Shown here: positions 11,054-23,610 of the stretch, one piece after another
Position numbering within the stretch: position 1 is the stretch's first letter
Layout of the letters: each line of letters opens with the position of its first letter
NCBI GenBank assembly: GCA_040954595.2
Contig: CM082592.2
Span: forward strand, 372,001-436,000
Length of the DNA stretch: 64,000 bases
Direction of reading: 5' to 3'
DNA from: Balanoglossus misakiensis
Lineage: Eukaryota; Animalia; Hemichordata
The notes under the pieces: model-generated
Told to the model about the DNA's origin: nothing
The model's input: only the letters and a program-made list of their open reading frames with translations
Databases searched by the model: none
Program-made: the position numbers and the translations under genes

Positions 11054-14000
11054 ATAATAATATAATAATAATATAATTTATTGCCATATGCATATAGAGC
11101 ATTGGAAATTGCCTTTCCACATGCGCTCATAAAAGACAAGAGGAACAGGACACACACGTTAAATTTACACATACTAAAATGTTAAAAAAATAGAATAAAA
11201 GGAAAACTTGAAACAATGTCACTCAAAATTAAGATTGGTTTAAAATACGTACTGCCGATGGATAAAAACTATTGTTAAAACGAGCTGTTCTCGTTTTCAT
11301 ACTGCGATCACGCCTTCCAGAGGGTAGCAGCGTAAAAAGATTGTAAGCAGGATGGCTCGAGTCATTAATTATAGCCTTAGCTTTGCGAATAGATCTTGAA
11401 TAATAGATTGATTGTAGAGATGGCAATTTTACCCCAATGATTGTTTGTGCTACCCGTATAACCCGTTCAAGAGCATTCAATTCGTCCTTAGTGATGTTAT
11501 TAAACCAGATAAGGATGCCATATGTTAAAATACTTTCTATTAAAGTACGATAGAAATTTACCAGAATAGAACTATTCATACCAAATTTCTTTAAGCGTCT
11601 GAGAAAGTAGAGACGCTGCTGTGCTTTCTTTACCAGATGATCTATATTTTCCTCCCATGACAAGTGATTTGAAAGGTAAACACCAAGAAACTTAAAAACA
11701 GTGACGATTTCAACTGCACTCCCATTTATGGTAATCGGCGTATGGGTAAAGTGTACTCTTCTAAAATCTATAATGATTTCCTTGGTTTTGTTTACATTGA
11801 GTTCAATATTATTTGCATTGCACCAATTGATTAAATTTACAGTTTCACTTCTATATGCAGACTCATCATTATCAGTAATTAAGCGTATGACAGTTGTGTC
11901 ATCAGCAAATTTAATAATAAAATTATTGGCATACAAAGGAGTGCAATCATATGTAAAAAGAGAGTATAACAAAGGGCTTAAAACACATCCCTGAGGAGCT
12001 CCTGTATTGAGGACTATTGACGAAGAAAGGTGGTTATTAATTTTAACAATCTGTGGCCTATTACTAAGAAAATTTAAAATCCACTTGCACATGGAAGTAC
12101 TAATACTGAGGTCAGCTAACTTTATGACAAGCTTGGAAGGAATAATTGTATTAAATGCAGAGCTGAAATCGACAAAGAGCATACGAGCATAACAATTGCG
12201 ATTATCCAGATGAGATAATACTGCATGGAGTGCAGAAGCTACGGCATCTTCGACAGATCGATTAGAACGATATGCAAACTGATATGGATCGAGAGTTTTT
12301 GGAACTATAGACTTGATATGGTGAAGGATTAGTCGTTCGAAGCATTTCATGATGACAGACGTAAGCGCAACTGGTCTATAATCATTCAGGCACTTGACTG
12401 AAGATTTCTTCGGTACGGGAATTATTGTAGATTTCTTGAAGCAAGTTGGCACCACACACTGAGAGAGTGATGTATTAAATATGTCCGTAAATACACCCGA
12501 CAACTGCTCAGCGCATAGGCGAAGGGCACGAGACGGGATACTGTCCGGACCTGCAGCTTTGTGTACATTTACACGAGAGAAACATTTCTGTACATCAGAT
12601 TCGATGATCGTAAAGGGCGCGTCGTCATTGCCTGTATCAATGCGTAACGGGTTTTTGTCAAAGCGAGCGTAGAAATCGTTTAAGCGGTCAGGGAGATCAC
12701 CATCGCTGTCGACGATCGTATTGTTTTTAACTTTGTATGATGTAACTGCTTCTAGTCCTTTCCATAAGCGCCGCGAGTCATTTTCTTCGAACTGGTTTTC
12801 AAGTTTTTCGCGGTAACGTCGTTTCGATGATTGGATTGCTTTATTTAGTTCATAGCGTGACTGTTTATATCTATCAGCATCATTCGCCTTGAAGGCATCG
12901 GATTTTGCTTTAAGTTTTGTGCGAACATAGCCGTTAAACCATGGCTTCTGATTGGGATAACTACGAACTAACTTGGTCGGAATGCACGAATCGATACAGA
13001 ACTTTACATAATCTGTTACCACATCGGTGTATTCATTGAGATCCGAAGACGAATCTTTAAAAACTGACCAGTCAGTAGATTCCAGGCAGCCTTGTAGACA
13101 CATAACTGAGTTGTCGGACCAGCACTTGACAGATCTAGTTATTGGTTTTGCAGTCTTCAGTTTTTGTCTATATGCCGGTATCAGAAATACCGAAGAATGA
13201 TCTGATTTACCATAGTGAGGACGAGGCAGAGAGCGGTATGCACCTTCTATTGTAGAGTAACAATGATCAAGAATCTTCTGACCCCGAGTTGGACAGGTGA
13301 CGTGTTGGAAAAACTTCGGTAACACCTTCTTTAGATTTGTATGGTTAAAATCACCTGTGACTATTGGTACTGCGTCCGGGTAGGTATTTTCACATCTGGT
13401 GATTATGCTTGCCAGTTCGCTGATGGCAGCTGAAGCATTTGCATTCGGATGTATGTAGACTGATGACAAGATAACACCTGTGAATTCGCGTGGTGAATAG
13501 AAGGGTCTGCACAGAATTGTCAAGCACTCTAAATCCGGAGAACAAAATTGCGAAATAATCTTTACATCAGAACACCAGTACTTGTTGATTAAAAAGCAAA
13601 CACCACCTCCCTTTGCTTTACCAGTAATGTCCTTAGATCGATCCATTCTATAAATTGAAAAACCTTCCGGTTTGAGAGCACTGTCCGTAGTGTCAGCATC
13701 CAACCATGTTTCTGTGAAACATAACACGCAACAATCTCTCATATCGCGTTGATTTTTGATGCGGCAGAAAATTTCGTCCAATTTGTTGTCGATTGATTGA
13801 ACGATTGCTAGGTGAATGCTTGGAAGAGGGGGTCTCGAAGAACGTCGCCGAAGTTTCGCCAGGGCACCACCCCTTCTTCCCCGTTTACGTTTGCGACGAC
13901 CCGTGGGCTCATCTTCTACATGTTTGCTTTGGTGGCCATTATCCGTAGTTGAGGTACAAAATAGAAAGTCGCAAAAATGACAGTTCAGTTTAAGTTTGAG

Positions 14001-14150
14001 CTCACCCACTGTAGTCTTGATATCCAGAAGTTGTTCACGATCATACACAAGGAGAGTTGAGACATCAGACATGAGTACAAAGAAGATAACGGCAAAAAAC
14101 ACAAGAGCGCGACGTGAAGTGTCGCCATAGAACGGCGCCATCTTAATACT
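11054..14150 (-). mobile_element. Second copy of the Rex1/Babar-like LINE, same junctions as 1590-4700
   Basis: Reverse complement of 1590-4700 with a 12-bp in-frame deletion and scattered substitutions. Confidence 0.9.
11229..14141 (-). CDS. LINE APE-RT protein (970 aa), frame still open
   Basis: Same motifs as 1599-4523; about 10 aa substitutions, and KKNLAPPLRID becomes KNPLRID. Confidence 0.9.
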   Translation of the reverse strand: MAPFYGDTSRRALVFFAVIFFVLMSDVSTLLVYDREQLLDIKTTVGELKLKLNCHFCDFLFCTSTTDNGHQSKHVEDEPTGRRKRKRGRRGGALAKLRRRSSRPPLPSIHLAIVQSIDNKLDEIFCRIKNQRDMRDCCVLCFTETWLDADTTDSALKPEGFSIYRMDRSKDITGKAKGGGVCFLINKYWCSDVKIISQFCSPDLECLTILCRPFYSPREFTGVILSSVYIHPNANASAAISELASIITRCENTYPDAVPIVTGDFNHTNLKKVLPKFFQHVTCPTRGQKILDHCYSTIEGAYRSLPRPHYGKSDHSSVFLIPAYRQKLKTAKPITRSVKCWSDNSVMCLQGCLESTDWSVFKDSSSDLNEYTDVVTDYVKFCIDSCIPTKLVRSYPNQKPWFNGYVRTKLKAKSDAFKANDADRYKQSRYELNKAIQSSKRRYREKLENQFEENDSRRLWKGLEAVTSYKVKNNTIVDSDGDLPDRLNDFYARFDKNPLRIDTGNDDAPFTIIESDVQKCFSRVNVHKAAGPDSIPSRALRLCAEQLSGVFTDIFNTSLSQCVVPTCFKKSTIIPVPKKSSVKCLNDYRPVALTSVIMKCFERLILHHIKSIVPKTLDPYQFAYRSNRSVEDAVASALHAVLSHLDNRNCYARMLFVDFSSAFNTIIPSKLVIKLADLSISTSMCKWILNFLSNRPQIVKINNHLSSSIVLNTGAPQGCVLSPLLYSLFTYDCTPLYANNFIIKFADDTTVIRLITDNDESAYRSETVNLINWCNANNIELNVNKTKEIIIDFRRVHFTHTPITINGSAVEIVTVFKFLGVYLSNHLSWEENIDHLVKKAQQRLYFLRRLKKFGMNSSILVNFYRTLIESILTYGILIWFNNITKDELNALERVIRVAQTIIGVKLPSLQSIYYSRSIRKAKAIINDSSHPAYNLFTLLPSGRRDRSMKTRTARFNNSFYPSAVRILNQS

Positions 14151-14715
14151 ACTTCTGAATGTTGTCCAAATTAGTGTCCGAAGGTATCGGAGACTTGAAT
14201 ACATCGAAGAAACTCGACCATTCTATTACATTGCCTGAGAAAGTTTGCAGCTGGAGTTTCGGTAGAGTTACTGTTTTACGAGGCGTCGCGTTGCCGAGGC
14301 TGCTTCCCGTTACATTACCAGTACTAGTAGTAGTTGTCCGCATCTCCGATTTGTTTTTCTTGATGAAAGATGCGATGCGATGATTGTGTTCGAAGATTTC
14401 GGCCTGGTAGTCGCCTGAAGTTTCATTTTCTTCGTCAAAGTGTTCATCGTCAATCAGATCGAGGATTCTCACCTCGAGGTCGGCGAGTAGACGGATCTTG
14501 TTCGAAAGTTGTTCGTTCAGCCCTTCCAGCGTGTCGAGTGTAGTCGGCTTGTCTGTACCGACGTCTACGAAATTGTTCATGAGGGTGTCGGCCCGGTTGA
14601 ACAGTCGGGTCACTTGTGCGCGTTGACCACGACGCGATCTCTTCAGTTTTGTCAACGCTGTTGGCTGATCCTCTTGTTGTCCATCTTGTGGCGCGATGTG
14701 TTCTTGTTCCGACAT
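14149..14715 (-). pseudogene. gag: BEL gag N-terminus of copy B, truncated by LINE
   Basis: Mirror of 1025-1591. Confidence 0.9.
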
Positions 14716-14748
14716 CTTGCTCGGTTATCCTGGTCTCGGCACCAAAAA

Positions 14749-15084
14749 TGTGGGGAAGTATCGTGGCAGTGATCAATACTCCCGGGAGGGGGTTCGAGTA
14801 TACTGACGTCGGAAAAGAAGCGAACGATTCAGTGCTAGGTAAAACACTGGTTTATTACCATCTGAATCCAACAACAAAGTAACACCACAGAGCTCCTTAC
14901 AAAAAGCTGCCCGAAAGCGCCAAAACTGGGTTATATATAAGTCCCACGAACGCCGGAGCAAACACTCAAAAATTACAATAAATCTGCTACAAGTATAAAG
15001 TTTGGCGGGAAACAAAGTCAACTCTGATAGGGTAAGAGTTTCCGTCACGTGATCCTTCTGGAGTAAATCTCTCACTTCTCCATA
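14749..15084 (-). repeat. Complete 336-bp 5' LTR of copy B; PBS at 14727-14744; flanked by CAAAT at 15085-15089
   Basis: Matches 34355-34690, with the same satellite junction ccata|caaattgtggct. Confidence 0.93.
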
Positions 15085-18000
15085 CAAATTGTGGCTAAAA
15101 TTGTTATTTTCGTGTTGAATGCCGCCAGTGTCACAGCTTATAAAAGTCATAAAAACTTTTAACATACAAGCAATTGTTTATATATGATCAGGTCACCGAA
15201 TTAAAAAAATAAAGAAGGTTTTGCCTAAAAATGACCTTTTTGGTGCAAAAACGAATAAAACGCAATTTTGTATTAAATCAGCTCATTCAGAGTGCATTTT
15301 TTATAATCAGCACCATTTTTACATATGATGGATATTTCATACATCATCAGATATCCAAATATGAAAAAATGATTTAGATTTTAGATGATTGTCCAAAATT
15401 AGCTGAGATCTAATAAATGTAGTATTGAACCGTTCTGACCCCCCCCCCCCTACATTATATGCGGTACGCCGATGTCAGCTTACCCGGCAGTTTTGCAGGC
15501 CGTGCCCCCAACTAACGTCGGTGTTTGAAACGCCCTGGTTAAATTCGGGCTTTCTCTATAAATTGACAGGCAATAATGCAGTCCTACCCGAACAAATGTC
15601 GAGTGTTGACCCGCTGTGACTTTCCCTCTTCGGTTTGCCCGATTAGCCAACGTCTATGTACTAGAGTGTCGGGTCTTTTGCAGAGCCAGGCCGAAGGAAA
15701 TCCGACTTGATCACCGTTGCTAACGAACGCTAGTGTCTGTCATGGTGTGCCGGGGTTTTAGTCGAGCCAGGCCGTAGGAGATCTGACTTGATCATCGTGG
15801 TCAATGTACGCGAGTTTCCGCTCTAAAGTGCAGGGGCTTCAGCTAAACCAGGCCGTAGGAAATCCGACGTAATCACCGTTGATAACTTACGCCAGTCTGT
15901 GTCATATAGAGCGGTGCACCAGCGGAGTCACGCCGTAGGAAATCTGACTTGATCAACGTGGTCAATGTACGCATGTTTTTGCTCTAGAGTGCCGGGGCTT
16001 CAGCTGAGCCAGGCCGTAGGAAACCTGACGTGATTACCGTTGTTAACTTACGCCAGTCTGTGTCCTATACATAGTGCCGGGGCATCAGCCGTGCCAGGCC
16101 GAAGGAAATGTGAGTAGATCAACGTGGTCTCTGTACGCGTGTTTCTGCTCTAGAGTGCCAGGGCTTTAGCCAAGCCATGCCGTTGGAAATCTGACTTGAT
16201 CAACGTTGCTAACGAACGCTAGTGTCTGCCATAGTGTGCCTCGGTTTTAGTCGAGCCAAGCCGTAGGAGATCAGACTTGATCAACGTGGTCTCTGTACGC
16301 GTGTTTCTGCTCTAGAGTGCCGGGGCTTTATCCAAGCCATGCCGTAGAAAATCTGACTTGATCACCATTGCTAACGTACGCTAGTGTCTGTCATATTGTG
16401 ACGGAGATTTAGCCGAGCCAGGCCGTAAAAAAATGACTTGTTCAACATTACCAGTGTGCAACTGTTTCTGCTCTAGAGTGTCAGGGTTTTAGCCGACTTA
16501 TGCTGTAGGAAATCTGAGTTGATGAACGGGAATTCAATGTTAGAAAACTCGTATCTGTACCTGTTTGAAACTAAGAAAAGAATTTATTCTTATTTATTTT
16601 GTAAAAAAGACAATTGTTCGAAAAAAAGTCGAAAAGGGTAATTTTGTCTTGGGTGATTCAAATTATACCGCCTTTTCTGGAATTTGCAGCACTTTTTACA
16701 AGAGAACGACACTTCATGCTCCATAATATTTCCGAAAATGAAGAAAAGAGTTTATTTTTTGATGATTTTTTAAAAATTTACCATTTTTGTCAAAATATGG
16801 CCAAAATGGCTATTTTTTCTTGAATTCCGTCAATATCTCTGCATTTTTGGAGTGGTCGAAAGTTTTAACATACAATCAACATGTCATATATAATCAGGGC
16901 AGCAAATTCGAAGAACAAAGGTTTTTTTTTTTTTTTTTTTTTCTAAAAATGACATTTTCAAGGTAAATTTGGTAAAACGCAATTTTGTCTGCAGTGAGCC
17001 ATATTAGACTGTCTTTTGTGGAATTTGTATCGATATATACATACGAAGAGCATTCAATACTCCATCAGATTTCCGAAAATGTAGAAAACAGGTATTTTTT
17101 GTAATTTTCAAAAAATTACCATTTTGACCAAATTGTGGCTAAAATTGTTATTTTCGTGTTGAATGCCGCCAGTGTCACTGCTTTTAAAAGTCATAAAAAC
17201 TTTTAACATACAAGCAATTGTTTATATATGATCAGGTCACCGAATTAAAAAAAATAAAGAATGTTTTGCCTAAAAATGACCTTTTTGGTGCAAAAACGAA
17301 TAAAACGCAATTTTGTATTAAATCAGCTCATTCAGAGTGCATTTTTTATAATCAGCACCATTTTTACATATGATGGAAATTTCATACATCATCAGATATC
17401 CAAATATGAAAAAATGATTTAGATTTTAGATGATTGTCCAAAATTAGCTGATATCTAATAAATGTAGTATTGAACCGTTCTGTTCCCCCCCCCCCCCTAC
17501 ATTATATGCGGTACGCCGATGTCAGCTTACCCGGCAGTACTGCAGGCCGTGCCCCCAACTAACGTCGGTGTTTGAAACGCCCTGGTTAAATTCGGGCTTT
17601 CTCTATAAATTGACAGGCAATAATGCAGTCCTACGCGAACAAATGTCGAGTGTTGACCCGCTGTGACTTTCCCTCTTCGGTTTGCCCGATTAGCCAACGT
17701 CTATGTACTAGAGTGTCGGGTCTTTTGCAGAGCCAGGGCGAAGGAAATCCGACTTGATCACCGTTGCTAACGAACGCTAGTGTCTGTCATGGTGTGCCGG
17801 GGTTTTAGTCGAGCCAGGCCGTAGGAGATCTGACTTGATCATCGTGGTCAATGTACGCGAGTTTCCGCTCTAAAGTGCCGGTGCTTCAGCTAAACCAGGC
17901 CGTAGGAAATCCGACGTAATCACCTTTGATAACTTACGCCAGTCTGTGTCATATAGAGCCGGTGCACCAGCGGAATCACGCCGTAGGAAATCTGACTTGA

Positions 18001-21000
18001 TCAACATGGTCAATGTACGCCTGTTTCTGCTCTAGAGTGCCGGGGCTTCAGCTGAGCCAGGCCGTAGGAAACCCGACGTGATTACCGTTGTTAACTTACG
18101 CCAGTCTGTGTCCTATACATAGTGCCGGGGCATCAGCCGTGCCAGGCCGAAGGAAATGTGAGTAGATCAACGTGGTCTCTGTACGCCTGTTTCTGCTCTA
18201 GAGTGCCAGGGCTTTAGCCAAGCCATGCCGTTGGAAATCTGACTTGATCAACGTTGCTAACGAACGCTAGTGTCTGCCATAGTGTGCCTGGGTTTTAGTC
18301 GAGCCAAGCCGTAGGAGATCAGACTTGATCAACGTGGTCTCTGTACGCGTGTTTCTGCTCTAGAGTGCCGGGGCTTTATCCAAGCCATGCCGTAGAAAAT
18401 CTGACTTGATCACCATTGCTAACGTACGTTAGTGTCTGTCATATTGTGACGGAGATTTAGCCGAGCCAGGCCGTAGAAAAATCGACTTGTTCAACGTTAC
18501 CAGTGTGCAACTGTTTCTGCTCTAGAGTGTCAGGGTTTTAGCCGACTTATGCTGTAGGAAATCTGAGTTGATGAACGGGAATTCAATGTTAGAAAACCCG
18601 TGTGGAAAGGATCTCTACCCGTTTGAAACTAAGAAAAGAATTTATTCTTATTTATTTTGTAAAAAAGACAATATTTCGAAAAAAAGTCGAAAATGGTAAT
18701 TTTGTCTTGGGTGATTCAAATTATACCGCCTTTTCTGGAATTTGCAGCACTTTTTACAAGGGAACGACACTTCATGCTCCATAATATTTCCGAAAATGAA
18801 GAAAAGAGTTAATTTTTTATGATTTTTTAAAAATTTACCATTTTTGTCAAAATATGGCCAAAATGGCTATTTTTCTTTAATTCCGTCAATATCTCTGCAT
18901 TTTTGGAGTGGTCGAGAGTTTTAACATACAATCCCCATGTCATATAAGATCAGGGCACCAAATTCGAAGAACAAAGGTTTTTTTATTTTTTTTTCTAAAA
19001 ATGACATTTTCCATGAAAATTTGGTAAAACGCAATTTTGTCTGCAGTGAGCCAAATTGGCCGTTTTTTTGTGGAATTTGTATCGATATATATATACGAAG
19101 AGCATTCTATACTCCATCAGATTTCCGAAAATGTAGAAAACAGGTATTTTTTGTAATTTTCAAAAATTTACCATTTTGACCAAATTGTGGCTAAAATTGT
19201 TATTTTCGTGTTGAATGCCGCCAGTGTCACTGCTTTTAAAAGTCATAAAAACTGTTAACATACAAGCAATTTTTTATATATAATCAGGTCACCGAATTAA
19301 TAAAATAAAGAATGTTTTCCCTAAAAATGACCTTTTTGGTGCAAAAACGAATAAAACGCAATTTTGTATTAAATCAGCTCATTCAGAGTGCATTTTTTAT
19401 AATCAGCACCATTTTTACATATAATGGAAATTTCATACATCATCAGATATCCAAATATGAAAAAATGATTTAGATTTTAGATGATTGTCCAAAATTAGCT
19501 GATATCTAAGAAATGTAGTATTGAACCGTTCTGTCCCCCCCCCCCCCTACATTATATGCGGTACGCCGATGTCAGCTTACCCGGCAGTACTGCAGGCCGT
19601 GCCCCCAACTAACGTCGGTGTTTGAAACGCCCTGGTTAAATTCGGGCTCTCTCTATAAATTGACAGGCAATAATGCAGTCCTACCCGAACAAATGTCGAG
19701 TGTTGACCCGCTGTGACTTTCCCTCTTCGGTTTGCCCGACTTAGCCAACGTCTTTGTACTAGAGTGTCGGGTCTTTTGCAGAGCCAGGCCGAAGGAATAC
19801 CGACTTGATCACCGTTGCTAACGAACGCTAGTGTCTGTCATGGTGTGCCGGGGTTTTAGTCGAGCCAGGCCGTAGGAGATCTGACTTGATCATCGTGGTC
19901 AATGTACGCGTGTTTCCGCTCTAAAGTGCCGGGGCTTCAGCTAAACCAGGCCGTAGGAAATCCGACGTAATCACCGTTGATAACTTACGCCAGTCTGTGT
20001 CATATAGAGCCGGTGCACCAGCCGAGTCACGCCGTAGGAAATCTGACTTGATCAACGTGGTCAATGTACGCATGTTTCTGCTCTAGAGTGCCGGGGCTTC
20101 AGCTGAGCCAGGCCGTAGGAAACCCGACGTGATTACCGTTGTTAACTTACGCCAGTCTGTGTCCTATATATAGTGCCGGGGCATCAGCCGTGCCAGGCCG
20201 AAGGGAATGTGAGTAGATCAACGTGGTCTCTGTACGCGTGTTTCTGCTCTAGAGTGCCAGGTCTTTAGCCAAGCCATGCCGTAGGAAATCTGACTTGATC
20301 AACGTTGCTAACGAACGCTAGTGTCTGTCATAGTGTGCCGGGGTTTTAGTCGAGCCAAGCCGTAGGAGATCAGACTTGATCAACGTGGTCTCTGTACGCG
20401 TGTTTCTGCTCTAGAGTGCCGGGGCTTTATCCAAGCCATGCCGTAGAAAATCTGACTTGATCACCGTTGCTAACGTACGCTAGTGTCTGTCATATTGTGA
20501 CGGAGATTTAGCCGAGCCAGGCCGTAGAAAAATCGACTTGTTCAACGTTACCAGTGTGCAACTGTTTCTGCTCTAGAGTGTCAGGGTTTTAGCCGACTTA
20601 TGCTGTAGGAAATCTGAGTTGATGAACGGGAATTCAATGTTAGAAAACCCGTGTGGAAAGTATCTCTACCCGTTTGAAACTAAGAAAAGAATTTATTCTT
20701 ATTTATTTTGTAAAAAAGACAATTTTTCGAAAAATGTCGAAAATGGTAATTTTGTCTTGGGTGATTTAAATTATACCGCCTTTTCTGGAATTTGCAGCAC
20801 TTTTTACAAGAGAACGACACTTCATGCTCCATAATATTTCCGAAAATGAAGAAAAGAGTTAATTTTTTAAGATTTTTTTTAAAATTTACCATTTTTGTCA
20901 AAATATGGCAAAAATGGCTATTTTTTCTTGAATTCCGTCAATATCTCTGCATTTTTGGAGTGGTCGAAAGTTTTAACATACAATCAACATGTCATATATG

Positions 21001-21238
21001 ATCAGGGCACCAAATTCGAAGAACAAAGGTTTTTTTTATTTTTTTTTCTAAAAATGAAATTTTCAAGGAAAATTTGGTAAAACGCAATTTTGTCTGCAGT
21101 GAGCCATATTAGACTGTCTTTTGTGGAAATTGTATCGATATTTACATACGAAGAGCATTTTATACTCCATCAGATTTTCGAAAATGTAGAAAACGGGTAT
21201 TTTTTGTAATTTTCAAAAATTTACCATTTTGACCAAAT
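15085..21238 (+). repeat. Composite satellite, three ~2.05-kb units
   Basis: Poly-C landmarks at ~15439, ~17485, ~19535; begins and ends at the same CAAAT site. Confidence 0.96.
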
Positions 21239-21418
21239 TGTGGGGAAGTATCGTGGCAGTGATCAATACTCCCGGGAGGGGGTTCGAGTATACTGACGTC
21301 GGAAAATAAGTGAACGATTCAGTGCTAGGTAAAACACTGGTTTATTACCATCTGAATCCAACAACAAAGTAACACCACAGAGCTCCTTACAAAATGCTGC
21401 CCGAAAGCGCCAAAACTG
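21239..21418 (-). mobile_element. 180-bp remnant of the BEL 3' LTR
   Basis: gaccaaat|tgtggggaagtatcg junction identical to 28187/28188; shares the aaaatgctgcc variant with the 28188 LTR. Confidence 0.92.
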
Positions 21419-22594
21419 TGCATGCTTCGTGGATTAACAGATTAATGTCCAATCAATATTCTCAGTGGATAGAAATGTTTAAACTGTGGGTATATCCCCT
21501 GCTATCTTACCCACTTCACCCCCGCTCAGGTCGTGGAGTTTGCCAGAAACAGATTTTCACGTCATAGCTTCTGGTACTCAGTACTACTATGTTGGTCAAA
21601 AACTCCCCCCCCCCCCCGACCCTATTAATAACATAAAAAAGTGTATATGGTTCAACCAGAGCTGAAAGTTAACAACGCTACCATATTTTATAAAAACTGG
21701 TATGATAATGTTGTAATGTATATTTCGGATTTATTAGATTTTTCCGGTTCCATTTTATCTTTCCAAGATTTTAGTAACAGACATAATGTTTCACCAAACT
21801 TCATATGGGTTTAATCAACGCTATTCCAAGATCACGGTTCAGAAAGATTCAGCAACAAGGCTCTGTAAATAATGACCACCCAAACATGTATTACACAAAT
21901 AGATCCTGAAAAAAACCTACTCTATTTTACTTATAATAAGTTATTTTTGAAGAATAATCTTAAACCGATGAGATGTACGCAAAAATGGAAAGACCTCTTC
22001 GGGAATTTTGATTCGCAATTACACTATGCTTTACCATTTATTGTAACAAAGGATTCTACTTTGCGTAATTTTCAATTCAGAATTGCTAGTAGAATCTGTA
22101 CTACAAATACATTTTTAAAGATAAGGGGGAAAATGCGATTCTGTGAAATGCACCTTCTGTGAAAATTATGAGGAAATCCTTATACATTTATTTTTCGAAT
22201 GCGACTGTATTTTGTCTTTTTGGAAGGATGTAGAGTTGCAATTACAGACAAAGTGTAATATTGCCATTGAGCTGTCCCCTTTTGATGTTTTGGTGGGTAT
22301 AAAATAGAATTTTCAAAGTAACCACACAAACGATGAGTGGTTAGCCCTGAATTACTTTATATTACTTTCAAAGAATTTTATCTTTAAATATAAATTTAAG
22401 CCAGTATTGCCAAACCTTCGCACATTTTTATCTTACCTCAATAATATACAAAAAATTGATACTTACCAAGCAAAGGCAATGGAGAATCACACACACTACA
22501 GGTACTGGAATATTTTCAACAAATTCTGTACTTGAACATTTTGTTTTCTTTTGAGATGTAGAGATGTTTTGTCTAGTTTATGACAATAAAACAA
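21419..22594 (+). pseudogene. Decayed 3' fragment of an L1/Tx1-type LINE ORF2 with short 3' UTR
   Basis: Frameshifted peptides ASWINRL, FWYSVLLCW, CIWFN, YISDLLD, LRNFQFRIASRICTTN, and C-terminal CCHC KCTFCENYEEILIHLFFEC; stop at ~22535; AATAAA at ~22585. Confidence 0.8.
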
Positions 22595-23610
22595 ATAATC
22601 CAAACCTAAAAAGTTGTCAAAAATTTGCTTCACAAAAAGAAAAATCACAATGGTTGCTTTGTCTTTGGGGTGAATATTTTCAAAATTGCCGAAGAAAATA
22701 ATTTAAAAATCATATAATTAAATAGTCAAACATTAATTTTACTCCTATTTGCACTTCCCGTAAAGAGCAGTGTCTAAGCTTTCTAAAAATATAAGGTTTA
22801 TGTACTTTGAAGCTAGCTTTATTGTTGTAGGAGAGGATATAGTACCCCCTACCCCAAGACCATGCGTAATCCCATAGGATACATGCATTTCAAGGTTGTC
22901 TCTAAAGAAGTATTGTATTGGTATATAACTAATGTTAACATTTGTTTTCTTGTTTAATAAATAGAAGTCAATAATCCAAACCCCCGAAAGATGTCAAAAA
23001 TTTGCTTCACAAAAAGAAAATCACAATTCTTGCGTTGTCTTTGGGGTGAATATTTTCAAAATTGCCGAAAAAATTAATTTAAAAATCTTATAATTAATTA
23101 TTCATAATTATTTTATACTTAAGTTTGTGCTTCCCGTAAAGAGCAGTGTCTAAGCTTTCTAAAAATATAAGGTTTATGTAATTTTTTGCTAGTTTTATTT
23201 TTTTAGGAGAGGATATAGTACCCCCTACCCCAAGACCATGCGTAATCCAATAGGATACATGCATTTCAAAGTTGTCTCTAAAGAAGTATTGTATTGTTAA
23301 ATAACTAATGTTAACATTTGTTTTCTTGTTTAATATATAGAATTAAAAAATCCAAACCTAAAAAGTTGTCAAAAATTTGCTTCACAAAAAGAAAATCACA
23401 ATTGTAACATTGTCTTTTGAGTGAAAACTTTCAAAATTGACGAAAAAATTAATTTAAAAATCATCTAATTAAATATTCATAAATATTGTTTAATAAAGTT
23501 TGTAATTCCCGTAGAGAGCAGTATCTTAGCTTTCTAAAAATATAAGGTTTATGTAATTTCATGGTAGTTTTATTTTTTTAGGAGAGAATATAGTACCCCC
23601 TACCCCAACC
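22595..23610. repeat. AT-rich ~375-bp tandem repeat, ~2.7 diverged copies
   Basis: ATAGTACCCCCTACCCCAA recurs at ~22839, ~23216 and ~23590; GCTTCACAAAAAGAAAA and AGCTTTCTAAAAATATAAGGTTTATG recur with the same period. Confidence 0.9.

Larger units (their letters stand above)
9037..15084 (-). mobile_element. Defective BEL/Pao copy B, the inverted arm (full 5' LTR, LINE in gag, pol broken at RT start and joined to a 214-bp integrase-region fragment)
   Basis: 9250-14952 is the reverse complement of 788-6504; 9037-9250 is the reverse complement of 8274-8487. Confidence 0.93.

Noticed and set aside
788-15084. Inverted arms as TIRs of a giant DNA transposon or DIRS-type element
   Set aside because: The arms are BEL/LINE/satellite sequence, homology continues into the satellite, and no transposase, tyrosine recombinase or TSD is present.
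15700-16520. 81-bp repeats as a CRISPR array
   Set aside because: Whole monomers are homologous with no unique spacers, no cas genes are present, and the context is eukaryotic retroelements.
19802-20620. 81-bp (27-codon) repeat as a coding tandem domain
   Set aside because: Monomer A1 has stops in all six frames by my translation, one monomer is 85 bp, and the ORF track shows no long ORF.
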